Shown here: positions 1 through 12,049 of the stretch, one piece after another
Layout of the letters: every line of letters begins with the position of its first letter
Numbering within the stretch: position 1 is the stretch's first letter
Assembly (NCBI GenBank): GCA_951406725.2
Contig: OX597832.1
Location: forward strand, 67,890,001 to 67,954,000
Length of the DNA stretch: 64,000 nt
Reading direction: 5' to 3'
Source: Octopus vulgaris
Taxonomy: Eukaryota
The notes under the pieces: generated by a model
Databases searched by the model: none
Told to the model about the DNA's origin: nothing
The model's input: the letters and a program-made list of their open reading frames with translations, nothing else
Translations under genes and position numbers: made by a program

Positions 1-227
1 GTTTTCATACCCAACCCAATTCTGCAGCTTCAGTGTCGCGACGGGAGCGCTTAGGTTGGGAGTTTGATCGGCAGAGGTGATCAGGTTGCATATGCCAACC
101 CTTTTGAAAACACCACCCCATCATGTAAATCCCCTTTGCCTATGGGTTGGGAACCCTTCCAACAAAGAAAATAGAACGCCCAAAAGGGCACCCAGTCCTG
201 TGTGTGCCCATATGTATGGGCAACACA

Positions 228-271
<44 letters not shown>

Positions 272-423
272 TATTCGTACATACACCTATTTTCGAAACA
301 TTGTTTACAAAATAATAGCTGATCGTTTGCGAAGGAGCGTGTCTCGAGCAACACACACACAGACACACACAAACATATACGTACATACACCTATTTTCGA
401 AATTAAAAAATTTTTTTAATCTG

Positions 424-454
<31 letters not shown>

Positions 455-458
455 GCTC

Positions 459-495
<37 letters not shown>

Positions 496-718
496 TTACG
501 CCGTCGCTAGAAGGGGACTTAACTCATATTTGCGAATGGCGTATTTCTACGACCTGAAATATGTTTAAAAGTTACGGCTCAAAATTATTTTTACCATTAT
601 TCGCTGCTGCCTCGGGGGAAAATAATTTGACGAAAATACTGCTAGGATCGTGACGAACGTCCTCCTAAAATTTGAGCGACATGCGTGCTAATTTGTAGAC
701 GTGCATAATTTACATTCA

Positions 719-779
<61 letters not shown>

Positions 780-1139
780 ACAAACACACACACACACATA
801 CACACAAACACACACACACATCAAGCCTTTTATATATATACAGATGCTCCCTAATGCTGCTGAATGCTCGCCAATACATCGCGCTGTTCTTGAACAAAAA
901 GACCAGAAGCAAATCGCCAAATATGGCCCCAACACCCTGTATATATAGCACCCGACACCCAAATTATAAGCCTGGTGCCTATCGTAGAAAGAAATATGTC
1001 ACTTATTACAAGGGATTAATATTATGTTACTTTTACAAATATATTCCGAATGTCTTATTTTTTCTTTCGGCTCTTAAACTGCGGGCATGCTAGGCAATAG
1101 CCTTAAAGAAATTTAACAGAACGAATCAATCACACAACT

Positions 1140-1410
1140 TATTTGCTTTTTAAGCCTGGAACTCATACAGAGGCATAAACACACCAACACCGGTTGTCAA
1201 GTGATGGTGGTGGATAAAACAGACAAATACACACACACACACACACACACACACATACGACGGGGCCTATTTCAGTCTCCGTCTACGAAATCCATTCACA
1301 AGTCTTTGGTGTGCACGAGACTGCAGTAGAAGACACTTGTCCAATGTACCACGCAATGGGACTGAATCCAGCACCATCTCACTGGTAAGCAAATTTCTTG
1401 TCACAAATAC
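1140..1410 (-). mobile_element. tRNA-derived SINE, degenerate (same family as 24290-24683)
   Basis: Shares blocks with the 24.3-24.7 kb copy: ...accaacaccggttgtcaag..., tttcagt.tccgtctac.aaatcca.tcacaag, agaagacacttg.ccaa, gggactgaa.cc (reverse B box), and an internal (CA)n. Boundaries approximate. Confidence 0.7.
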
Positions 1411-2319
1411 TCGCCTAAATTTTGAAAATTTTGCTTGCGGTTCAATTTTAAGTTTTTTTCTTTCCCGTTGATGCATTTTCACTTTTATTCTTTCTTTCCA
1501 TAAATTAAATTTTAATTCTCTGAACATAATTAAAGTTACATCGCGTAAAATAGATGCTGTATCTTTGTCTGTCTTACAGTCTGTCTCTCACTCTCTCTCT
1601 ATCTTATATATATAATATATATATTTATATATATAAAACTGAGATTGTGTGTCTGTCTGTGTGTTTCCCTAAAACTTGAGAACTACACAACCAATTCCAT
1701 TCAAATTTTACACATGCCTTACTTACGGTCCATGTAGTTTCATGGGCAAAAAATGTTCAACTTCTTGCCTAGAGCGAGCCCATAGCAATATCATATCTTC
1801 TCCACTATTTCAGTATTACGTGTTAAAAGTGAAACAAAAACGTTTCTCTATTTTATGTCAGATACTTTCACTTTAACAATAAAAATAATAATAACAATTG
1901 AATTATATGTAGTAAGTAATAATTAAAATCAAACTAAAGTAACATAACAAAAGTAAAAATAGCAATTGGTATAACATTGCATCAATGATTTGAACTTGAA
2001 TAAGTAGTTTCACATGAATGGGAATAAATTAAAAATAAAATTAGCGTGCAGAAATGGAATAGTCCAGATGGATAATAAAAAATTAAATTAAAGAAAAGAC
2101 TATTGTCTATAAAGTATACAATGTAGAGAAAGGTCGCGTTTTTTCGGCTCCGTGTTTTTTTTTTTCTCGGCTCCTGAAAATTCGGTAAAAAGGAACAAGG
2201 GGCGTTGTTGTTGTTGTGGAAATTCTGAACGGCGTTGACGCGGTTTCGCGTTTCGCTCGTTCAGCGCGTTACACTTTTTCTGTTTTGGCGGCCGTTTTCG
2301 GTCTGTCAGACAGAAGGAA

Positions 2320-3680
2320 ATGGACAACCCCTACCTGATGGGAGATACGGCTGCAGTTTTTGAGTCTTTAACAGACTTGTCTACGTCTGAGGAGGAGCTA
2401 GAAATAGCAGTGAGGAAAATGGATCAGAAGCTGGGTTATACCTATGCCGGTGTAACCAAGAAGGCGGAAGAGAAAGGGGTCGACATGGCCAAGTTGCCAA
2501 GTTACCAGAAATACATGAAAAAGGAAAGCGGTGAGGTGGAACTATCACCGACACCCAGGAGAAAAGAATGGTATGATAAGAGGACCATTGTTTACAGGGT
2601 GTGCGCAAACGAAAGGAAGAAGGTAGAAGTTGTATCCATGGAATGGATAGAGGAAGCCCTGCGAAGAACTGAGGAGGAAATAAATTTTCTGACTCGAGGA
2701 TCCAAGTACGGGACCGTAGTTGTGCACTTTAAAAGTGAATCTGCAGCGAGGAAGATGGCAGCGAAGGCGGTGAAGTCGGAAAAGGTAACACTGTTACCTA
2801 CGTATTTAAACAGGAGGATTACACGAATAAGGGTGGAGGGAGTGCCACCAAACGTGGAGGCAGAATGGATTGTGGCGGCTGTGATCAGCGGCCACGAGGA
2901 CGAAGTGGATATTCTCCATGCCTCGGTTAAGTCCGAGGGCTGGAGAGGCGTAACAGTGGAGCTGAACGTACAGGCAGAGACCGAGGTACTGGTGGACCTG
3001 ACGGAAAGCATCAGACTGGGAGAAGTGATCATGAGAGTGTGGGTGGAGGGCAGGGCTCCACGTTGTTACAAGTGTGGCCTGAGGGGTCACATAAGAGCCT
3101 TCTGCCCTCCCCCAGGGAAAGAAATGGATCCCGAACCAGAGAGAGAGAAGCAGAAACCAGAGGAGAAGGAAACAGAGGAAGAGAATACACAGAAATGGAA
3201 GGAAGCTGGAAGTAAGAGGAAGAGAAGAATATGTGGAAAAAAAGAAAATAATATGGAACTCCAATCTACCCCAAAACCTCCCACACCCTCTGAGTCCCAC
3301 CCTATCCATGCAGACATTGAACCCACCCGCTCCCCCCCAACAAGAAAACAAAAGAAAAAAAGAATACACACACACAAGAGATTGAAATCGAACCCAGGCC
3401 GTACATTTGTACTATGACTGAACAGAAAGAAGTTAAAAGTCTAATGGAAGAGTATAAATGGTATGATGTTGGAGAGACTAGGTATGCTGTGATTGAAAAG
3501 AACATAGGTGAGTTTATGGGGAGGTGTGAAAGGGAGAATTGGGAGGTGAAAGATATAAGAATGAGCGATGAATTCGTGGAAAATATGGATGAGTATTTCG
3601 GAGTAAGAATGGATATGGAATTTATTCGTATTGACAAAGAACATTCAAGTGACTATGAAAAACAAAGGACAGGTAAGTGA
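2320..3680 (+). CDS. CCHC zinc-knuckle protein, LINE ORF1p/Gag-like, copy 1 (one -1 frameshift in the A-run near 3355-3361)
   Basis: ORFs 2320-3417 and 3414-3680. Motif CYKCGLRGHIRAFC (CX2CX4HX4C) follows RRM-like segments (TVVVHFKSESAARK; TRIRVEGVPPNVEAEWI). Adding one A joins the two ORFs. Confidence 0.75.
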
Positions 3681-3820
3681 TGCTGACGGACGGGGCCGTT
3701 GGTATCGCTTTCATTTTATCATTTTTTCGTTTAACAATTCATGTTCATAAAGTTTAATTATAATGTTCTATGTCCCCATGTTTTGTTATGTCCGCCATTC
3801 TTCGTAGCCCCTTAGTGGGT

Positions 3821-3826
3821 AATAAA
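3821..3826 (+). promoter_or_regulatory. Polyadenylation signal AATAAA of unit 1 (equivalents at 5574, 7308, 9057, 10731)
   Basis: Conserved AATAAA about 140 nt after each stop codon, including the diverged unit 5. Confidence 0.65.
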
Positions 3827-4015
3827 GAAATACGCGTTTTTTTCGGCTCCGTGTTTTTTTTTTCGGCTCCTGAAAATTCGGTAAAAAAGAACAAAAAGCG
3901 TTGTTGTTGTTGTGGAAATTCTGAACGGCGTTGACGCGGTTTCGCGTTTCGCTCGTTCGGCGCGTTACACTTTTTCTGTTTTGGCGGCCGTTTTCGGTCT
4001 GTCAGGCGGAGGGAG

Positions 4016-5433
4016 GTGGACTATGAGTCGCTGACAGACTTGTCCACGACGGATGAGGAACTGGAACAGGCAATTGCAGTGAAGCTGATGGAGGAAAAGG
4101 CTGGAGTTTTTGAGTCTTTATCAGACTTGCCTATGTCTGAGAAGGAGCTAGAAATGGCAGCAAGGAAATTGGAAGACAAGCTGAGTTATACCTATGCCGG
4201 TGTAACCAAGAAGGCGGAAGAGAAAGGGGTCGACATGGCCAAGTTGCCAAGTTACCAGAAATACATGAAAAGGAAAGCGGTGAGGTGGAACTATCACCGA
4301 CACCCAGGAGAAAAGAATGGTATGATAAGAGGACCATTGTTTACAGGGTGTGCGCAAACGAAAGGAAGAGGGTAGAAGTTGTATCCATGGAATGGATAGA
4401 GGAAGCCCTGCGAAGAACTGAGGAGGAAATAAATTTTCTGACTCGAGGATCCAAGTACGGGACCGTAGTTGTGCACTTTAAAAGTGAATCGGCAGCGAGG
4501 AAGATGGCAGCGAAGGCGGTGAAGTCGGAAAAGGTAACACTGTTACCTACGTATTTAAACAGGAGGATTACACGAATAAGGGTGGAGGGAGTGCCACCAA
4601 ACGTGGAGGCAGAATGGATTGTGGCGGCTGTGATCAGCGGCCACGAGGACGAAGTGGATATTCTCCATGCCTCGGTTAAGTCCGAGGGCTGGAGAGGCGT
4701 AACAGTGGAGCTGAACGTACAGGCAGAGACCGAGGTACTGGTGGACCTGACGGAAAGCATCAGACTGGGAGAAGTGATCATGAGAGTGTGGGTGGAGGGC
4801 AGGGCTCCACGTTGTTACAAGTGTGGCCTGAGGGGTCACATAAGAGCCTTCTGCCCTCCCCCAGGGAAAGAAATGGATCCCGAACCAGAGAGAGAGAAGC
4901 AGAAACCAGAGGAGAAGGAAACAGAGGAAGAGAATACACAGAAATGGAAGGAAGCTGGAAGTAAGAGGAAGAGAAGAATATGTGGAAAAAAAGAAAATAA
5001 TATGGAACTCCAATCTACCCCAAAACCTCCCACACCCTCTGAGTCCCACCCTATCCATGCAGACATTGAACCCACCCGCTCCCCCCCAACAAGAAAACAA
5101 AAGAAAAAAAAGAATACACACACACAAGAGATTGAAATCGAACCCAGGCCGTACATTTGTACTATGACTGAACAGAGGGAAGTTAAAAGTCTAATGGAAG
5201 AGTATAAACGGTATGATGTTGGAGAGACTAGGTATGCTGTGATTGAAAAAAAGAACATAGGTGAGTTTATGGGGAGGTGTGAAAGGGAGAATTGGGAGGT
5301 GAAAGATATAAGAATGAGCGATGAATTCGTGGAAAATATGAATGAGTATTTCGGAGTAAGAATGGATATGGAATTTATTCGTATTGGCAAAGAACATTCA
5401 AGTGACTATGAAAAACAAAGGACAGGTAAGTGA
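4016..5433 (+). CDS. CCHC zinc-knuckle ORF1p-like protein, copy 2 (GTG at the start position; -1 frameshift in the A-run near 4268-4271; C-terminal frame continuous)
   Basis: ORFs 4016-4375 and 4285-5433. The second reads through to ...KQRTGK* and so defines the full C-terminus. Confidence 0.75.
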
Positions 5434-5748
5434 TGCTGACGGACGGGGCCGTTGGTATCGCTTTCATTTTATCATTTTTTCGTTTAACACTTCATGTTCA
5501 TATAGTTTAATTATAATGTTCTATGTCCCCATGTTTTGTTATGTCCGCCATTCTTCGTAGCCCCTTAGTGGGTAATAAAGAAATACGTTTTTTTTTCGGC
5601 TCCTGAAAATTCGGTAAAAAAGAACAAAAAGCGTTGTTGTTGTTGTGGAAATTCTGAACGGCGTTGACGCGGTTTCGCGTTTCGCTCGTTCAGCGCGTTA
5701 CACTTTTTCTGTTTTGGCGGCCGTTTTCGGTCTGTCAGACAGAAGGAA

Positions 5749-7166
5749 ATGGACTATGAGTCTCTAACAGACTTGTCCACGACGGATGAGGAACTGGAAC
5801 AGGCAATTGCAGTGAAGCTGATGGAGGAAAAGGCTGGAGTTTTCGAGTCTTTATCAGACTTGCCTACGTCTGAGAAGGAGCTAGAAATGGCAGCAAGGAA
5901 ATTGGAAGACAAGCTGAGTTATACCTATGCCGGTGTAACCAAGAAGGCGGAAGAGAAAGGGGTCGACATGGCCAAGTTGCCAAGTTACCAGAAATACATG
6001 AAAAAGGAAAGCGGTGAGGTGGAACTATCACCGACACCCAGGAGAAAAGAATGGTATGATAAGAGGACCATTGTTTACAGGGTGTGCGCAAACGAAAGGA
6101 AGAGGGTAGAAGTTGTATCCATGGAATGGATAGAGGAAGCCCTGCGAAGAACTGAGGAGGAAATAAATTTTCTGACTCGAGGATCCAAGTACGGGACCGT
6201 AGTTGTGCACTTTAAAAGTGAATCTGCAGCGAGGAAGATGGCAGCGAAGGCGGTGAAGTCGGAAAAGGTAACACTGTTACCTACGTATTTAAACAGGAGG
6301 ATTACACGAATAAGGGTGGAGGGAGTGCCACCAAACGTGGAGGCAGAATGGATTGTGGCGGCTGTGATCAGCGGCCACGAGGACGAAGTGGATATTCTCC
6401 ATGCCTCGGTTAAGTCCGAGGGCTGGAGAGGCGTAACAGTGGAGCTGAACGTACAGGCAGAGACCGAGGTACTGGTGGACCTGACGGAAAGCATCAGACT
6501 GGGAGAAGTGATCATGAGAGTGTGGGTGGAGGGCAGGGCTCCACGTTGTTACAAGTGTGGCCTGAGGGGTCACATAAGAGCCTTCTGCCCTCCCCCAGGG
6601 AAAGAAATGGATCCCGAACCAGAGAGAGAGAAGCAGAAACCAGAGGAGAAGGAAACAGAGGAAGAGAATACACAGAAATGGAAGGAAGCTGGAAGTAAGA
6701 GGAAGAGAAGAATATGTGGAAAAAAAGAAAATAATATGGAACTCCAATCTACCCCAAAACCTCCCACACCCTCTGAGTCCCACCCTATCCATGCAGACAT
6801 TGAACCCACCCGCTCCCCCCAACAAGAAAACAAAAGAAAAAAAAGAATACACACACACAAGAGATTGAAATCGAACCCAGGCCGTACATTTGTACTATGA
6901 CTGAACAGAAAGAAGTTAAAAGTCTAATGGAAGAGTATAAATGGTATGATGTTGGAGAGACTAGGTATGCTGTGATTGAAAAGAAGAACATAGGTGAGTT
7001 TATGGGGAGGTGTGAAAGGGAGAATTGGGAGGTGAAAGATATAAGAATGAGCGATGAATTCGTGGAAAATATGGATGAGTATTTCGGAGTAAGAATGGAT
7101 ATGGAATTTATTCGTATTGACAAAGAACATTCAAGTGACTATGAAAAACAAAGGACAGGTAAGTGA
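5749..7166 (+). CDS. CCHC zinc-knuckle ORF1p-like protein, copy 3 (-1 frameshift in the C-run near 6815-6820)
   Basis: ORFs 5749-6900 and 6897-7166. C6 replaces the C7 run seen in copies 1 and 2. Confidence 0.75.
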
Positions 7167-7498
7167 TGCTGACGGACGGGGCCGTTGGTATCGCTTTCAT
7201 TTTATCATTTTTTTCGTTTAACAATTCATGTTCATAAAGTTTAATTATAATGTTCTATGTCCCCATGTTTTGTTATGTCCGCCATTCTTCGTAGCCCCTT
7301 AGTGGGTAATAAAGAAATACGTTTTTTTCGGCTCCGTGTTTTTTTTCGGCTCCTGAAAATTCGGTAAAAAAGAACAAAAAGCGTTGTTGTTGTTGTGGAA
7401 ATTCTGAACGGCGTTGACGCGGTTTCGCGTTTCGCTCGTTCAGCGCGTTACACTTTTTCTGTTTTGGCGGCCGTTTTCGGTCTGTCAGACAGAGGGAA

Positions 7499-8915
7499 AT
7501 GGATTATGAGTCTCTAACAGACTTGTCCACGACAGATGAGGAACTGGAACAGGCAATTGCAATGAAGCTGATGGAAGAAAAGGCTGGAGTTTTCGAGTCT
7601 TTATCAGACTTGCCTACGTCTGAGAAGGAGCTAGAAATGGCAGCAAGGGAATTGGAAGAGAAGCTGGGTTATACCTATGCCGGTGTAACCAAGAAGGCGG
7701 AAGAGAAAGGGGTCGACATGGCCAAGTTGCCAAGTTACCAGAAATACATGAAAAAGGAAAGCGGTGAGGTGGAACTATCACCGACACCCAGGAGAAAAGA
7801 ATGGTATGATAAGAGGACCATTGTTTACAGGGTGTTCGCAAACGAAAGGAAGAGGGTAGAAGTTGTAACCATGGAATGGATAGAGGAAGCCCTGCGAAGA
7901 ACTGAGGAGGAAATAAATTTTCTGACTCGAGGATCCAAGTACGGGACTGTAGTTGTGCACTTTAAAAGTGAATCTGCAGCGAGGAAGATGGCAGCGAAGG
8001 CGGTGAAGTCGGAAAAGGTAACACTGTTACCTACGTATTTAAACAGGAGGATTACACGAATAAGGGTGGAGGGAGTGCCACCAAACGTGGAGGCAGAATG
8101 GATTGTGGCGGCTGTGATCAGCGGCCACGAGGACGAAGTGGATATTCTCCATGCCTCGGTTAAGTCCGAGGGCTGGAGAGGCGTAACAGTGGAGCTGAAC
8201 GTACAGGCAGAGACCGAGGTTCTGGTGGACCTGACGGAAAGCATCAGACTGGGAGAAGTGATCATGAGAGTGTGGGTGGAGGGCAGGGCTCCACGTTGTT
8301 ACAAGTGTGGCCTGAGGGGTCACATAAGAGCCTTCTGCCCTCCCCCAGGGAAAGAAATGGATCCCGAACCAGAGAGAGAGAAGCAGAAACCAGAGGAGAA
8401 GGAAACAGAGGAAGAGAATACACAGAAATGGAAGGAAGCTGGAAGTAAGAGGAAGAGAAGAATATGTGGAAAAAAAGAAAATAATATGGAACTCCAATCT
8501 ACCCCAAAACCTCCCACACCCTCTGAGTCCCACCCTATCCATGCAGACATTGAACCCACCCGCTCCCCCCAACAAGAAAACAAAAGAAAAAAAGAATACA
8601 CACACACAAGAGATTGAAATCGAACCCAGGCCGTACATTTGTACTATGACTGAACAGAGGGAAGTTAAAAGTCTAATGGAAGAGTATAAACGGTATGATG
8701 TTGGAGAGACTAGGTATGCTGTGATTGAAAAAAAGAACATAGGTGAGTTTATGGGGAGGTGTGAAAGGGAGAATTGGGAGGTGAAAGATATAAGAATGAG
8801 CGATGAATTCGTGGAAAATATGAATGAGTATTTCGGAGTAAGAATGGATATGGAATTTATTCGTATTGGCAAAGAACATTCAAGTGACTATGAAAAACAA
8901 AGGACAGGTAAGTGA
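7499..8915 (+). CDS. CCHC zinc-knuckle ORF1p-like protein, copy 4 (two single-base homopolymer deletions near 8565-8593)
   Basis: ORF 7499-8617 plus the 3' part of 8466-8915. C6 and A7 runs versus C7 and A8 in copy 2. Confidence 0.75.
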
Positions 8916-9232
8916 TGCTGACGGACGGGGCCGTTGGTATCGCTTTCATTTTATCATTTTTTTCGTTTAACACTTCATGTTCATATAGTTTAATTATAAT
9001 GTTCTATGTCCCCATGTTTTGTTATGTCCGCCATTCTTCGTAGCCCCTTAGTGGGTAATAAAGAAATAAGCGTTTTTTTGCGCTCTGTAAAATTCGGTTA
9101 AAAAAGAAAAAACAACAAAAAGTGAATTGTGGTTGCGGAATTGGAACGTCGGTTGGTGCGGTTTCGCGTCGCACTGGTTCTGTGCGTCGCACGTTTTCTG
9201 TTCGGGAGGCCGTTTTTCGGTCTGAGGCGACT

Positions 9233-10595
9233 ATGAGCCGCCTCTACCAAACGGATGAGATGGAAGGGAGAAATTTCTCTGAAAATTCGTCGACATCTGA
9301 GGAGGAGTTGGCGGTGAAAAAAATGGAAAGCACCTATGCAGGTATAACGAAGAAGTCAACAGAAAAGAGATAGACCTGGCTAAGTTGACGGACTTCCAGG
9401 AGTTCATGAAGGAGGAGGAGAACGGAGAGGTTGAGCTGTTGCCTCTAGCAGGGCGCGGAGACTGGTTCCATCGTAGAACCATTAAATATAAAGTATTTAT
9501 GAATGGAGGTAGAAAAATGGAAGTGATTAACATGGAAGCAATTGAAGAGGCTTTCAAACGGACAGGAGAAGAAATTGTGTACATGACAAAAGGATTAGAA
9601 TATGGAACCATAACGGTACAATTTAAAAGTGAGAAAGCAGCCAGGAATATAGCAGCCAAGGTGGTGAGTACAGAAAAGTTTTACTTGTTCCCCTCGTATT
9701 TGAATAGAAGGACCACCAGAATTAGGGTGGAAGGAATACCTCCACACCTAGAGGGCGAATTAATAACGGCTGCGGTTATCAAAGGAAATGAAGATAAAGT
9801 GGACATCCTCCACGCCATTATGAAATATGAAGGCGTTAGAGGTGCCACACTAGTAATGAACATACAGACGGAGGCGGAAGTTATAGAAAAGCTTACGGAC
9901 AGTATAAAAACTGGAAATATTATTATGAGAGTGTAGGTGGAGGGTAGGGCGCCCAGGTGCTACAAGTGTGGCATGAGGGGTCACATAAGAGCCTACTGCC
10001 CTCCACCACTAAAGGAAAAAGAAAAGGAAATCGTCGCGGAAGCCCCAAAAGAGGAAGAAACCAAAGAGAACCAAAGGGAAAAAGAAACGACAGAAGAAGA
10101 GGAGATGCAACAAGAGTGGGAAGAAGGAAGAAAAAGAGAAAAAGAAAGAAAAAGAAAAACTGTGCGAAGCCCCAACCCACCCCAACACCACCCGCACCCT
10201 CTGAATCCCACCCTTCCCCTGCAGACAGTGAACCCACCCGCTCCCCTCCAACAAGAAAACAAAAGAAAAATAACAATACAGACAGACAAGAGTTTGAAAA
10301 CGAACCCAGGCCGAACATTTATATTGTGACTGAACAGAAAGAGGTTGAAAGGGTAATGGAGGAGTATGAATGGTATGAAATGGATGGGACCAGATATGCA
10401 GTGCTGGAAAAGAAGAATATAGATGAGTTTGTGTTGAGGTGTGAAAGGGAGAATTGGGAGGTGAAAGATACAAGAATGAGCGATGAATTCGTGGAATATA
10501 TGGAGGACAGTTTCGGAGTAAGAATGGATATGGATGGTCTTCGTATTGGGAATGAACATTCAGGTGACAGTGAAAACAAAAGGACAGGTAAGTGA
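9233..10595 (+). pseudogene. Diverged paralogue of the zinc-knuckle ORF1p-like gene, copy 5
   Basis: CYKCGMRGHIRAYC is retained. In-frame TAG at 9934-9936 replaces Trp of RVWVEG. Frameshifts near 9370 and near 10160. Same 3' UTR and AATAAA (10731-10736). Confidence 0.85.
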
Positions 10596-10744
10596 TGCTG
10601 GCGGAGGGGGCCGTTAGCATCGCTTTCATATTATCATTTTTTCATTTTCATTTGCTCATAAATTTAATCATATTGTTCTATGTCCCCCATGTTTTGTTAT
10701 GTCCGCCATTCTTCGTAGCCCCTGGTGGGTAATAAAGAAATAAC

Positions 10745-11040
10745 ATGGAGGCAAGCACCTTCGAAAAGTGTCTTGGTGCGACTATGAAAGGTATCTAATC
10801 AGAGGCGGTCAATTCGCCACAATAGAAGCAAGGTTCGAGTCAACGGAGCGTGCAAGGGAGTACTCGACTCGAACTTGCAAAATGGAGATATTTTATTTTC
10901 CCCTTTATATCTGGGACGTAGGATGTCCCGGAAAAGAAATTTTAAATGCCCCCAGAAGTAGCGGTAGGCTGGATTGTAGCCACACTTCTATACAAGAGGG
11001 AGGATAAGATACAATTGATCGAAATTACAAGAGACGGGCT
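10745..11040 (+). pseudogene. Sixth, highly diverged fragment of the same ORF1p-like family
   Basis: Across frames it reads YLIRGGQFATIEARFESTERAREY / ILFSPLYLGRRMSR / MPPEVAVGWIVATLLYKREDKIQLI, matching FLTRGSKYGTVVVHFKSESAARKM / TLLPTYLNRRITR / VPPNVEAEWIVAAVISGHEDEVDIL. Confidence 0.75.
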
Positions 11041-12049
11041 AACAATTCCAGTCTGTTATATATTTTGAGTATTGTTATCACTAGCGATATCAAGATATAA
11101 CTTTGTATTTTGTATTTTATGTGTAGATGTATATATATAGATGTACATGTAATATGTACACATATATATTTACACACATATACATGCACTAGCACTATGA
11201 CCCGGCAACGACGGGTCTTTAATGCTAGTATATATATTAATATAAATAAATATATATATATATATATATATATCTTTTAATTACGTGCATTTACCGGAAA
11301 TGACTTGATAATAAGTCACTAACCTATGAAATTAGTACGAAATTCTTTAGTTGCGGAAGCTGGAGATGAGAATTTAAATTCTGATGAAAACGTAGATTAA
11401 ATAGATGCAGACGTGATTATAGCTAGACTATGCTTTTGATATGCATGTATGTATGTGTGTATGTACGTATGTATGTATGTATGCATATCATTCTGCTTTT
11501 ATTTTTAAAATTCTTCACTTACAATGATCCAATCTCTATTCCAGGACATTGCCCTGTCATTGGAATTTAGACAAAAGTTTCTTGTAACCATGTATCCATA
11601 TGAGTGTGTATATGATGTATTTATGTGCGTGCCTCTATGCATATTTGTACTTCACCATATCCTTTCTGGTAAAGTGAAGTCCAAATTCATAAATTTGGTG
11701 ACATATCCAAGTGCCGCAGTAATTGCTGGTATGAATATGATGCTACAGCTCACATAAATCAAATTCGGATTTCACATTACTTCAGTTATACGTATTTCTC
11801 ACTTGTAACCTTTGGCTTGCGCACCTGTCCGGCAACTGACATCCATTCTCAGCTCGCTATCATTGTACCTCGTCTTTGTTATTTTTGCCTTTCAACTGAG
11901 AAATGATGACACCTTACATTCTTATTCTTCATACTACAGAAAATATCGTCACCCGCAAACACACACAAACACACACATAGCAATATTAAATCTCTGAGCG
12001 AAAAGTAAACAGTACCAGTAAATCGTGAAGTATATTTGCCACCTAAATG

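Larger units (their letters stand above)
2135..10742 (+). repeat. Head-to-tail tandem array of five ~1.7-kb gene units (about 2135-3832, 3833-5585, 5586-7319, 7320-9069, 9070-10742)
   Basis: Each unit starts (cg)cgtttttt... and ends gtgggtAATAAAgaaata, directly abutting the next. Units 1-4 are nearly identical and unit 5 is clearly diverged. Confidence 0.97.
1602..11228 (+). mobile_element. Putative non-autonomous Helitron envelope containing the zinc-knuckle gene array
   Basis: 5' end: A^TC at 1601/1602, then (TA)n-AAAA and a tgtgtgtctgtctgt block. 3' end: GACCCG-gcaacga-CGGGTC hairpin (11199-11217), 7 nt before CTAG^T (11225-11229). No TSD seen and no RepHel ORF. That the two ends belong to one element is inferred. 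Confidence 0.65.

Noticed and set aside
77-1093. ORFs rich in HT/CV repeats
   Set aside because: They are translations of (CA)n/(TG)n microsatellites. The same applies to the YI/IY, LSIY and similar ORFs throughout the window.
2381-10629. Many minus-strand ORFs over the gene array (up to 277 aa)
   Set aside because: They are antisense shadows of a purine-rich coding strand, with F/L/S-rich low complexity and no motifs.
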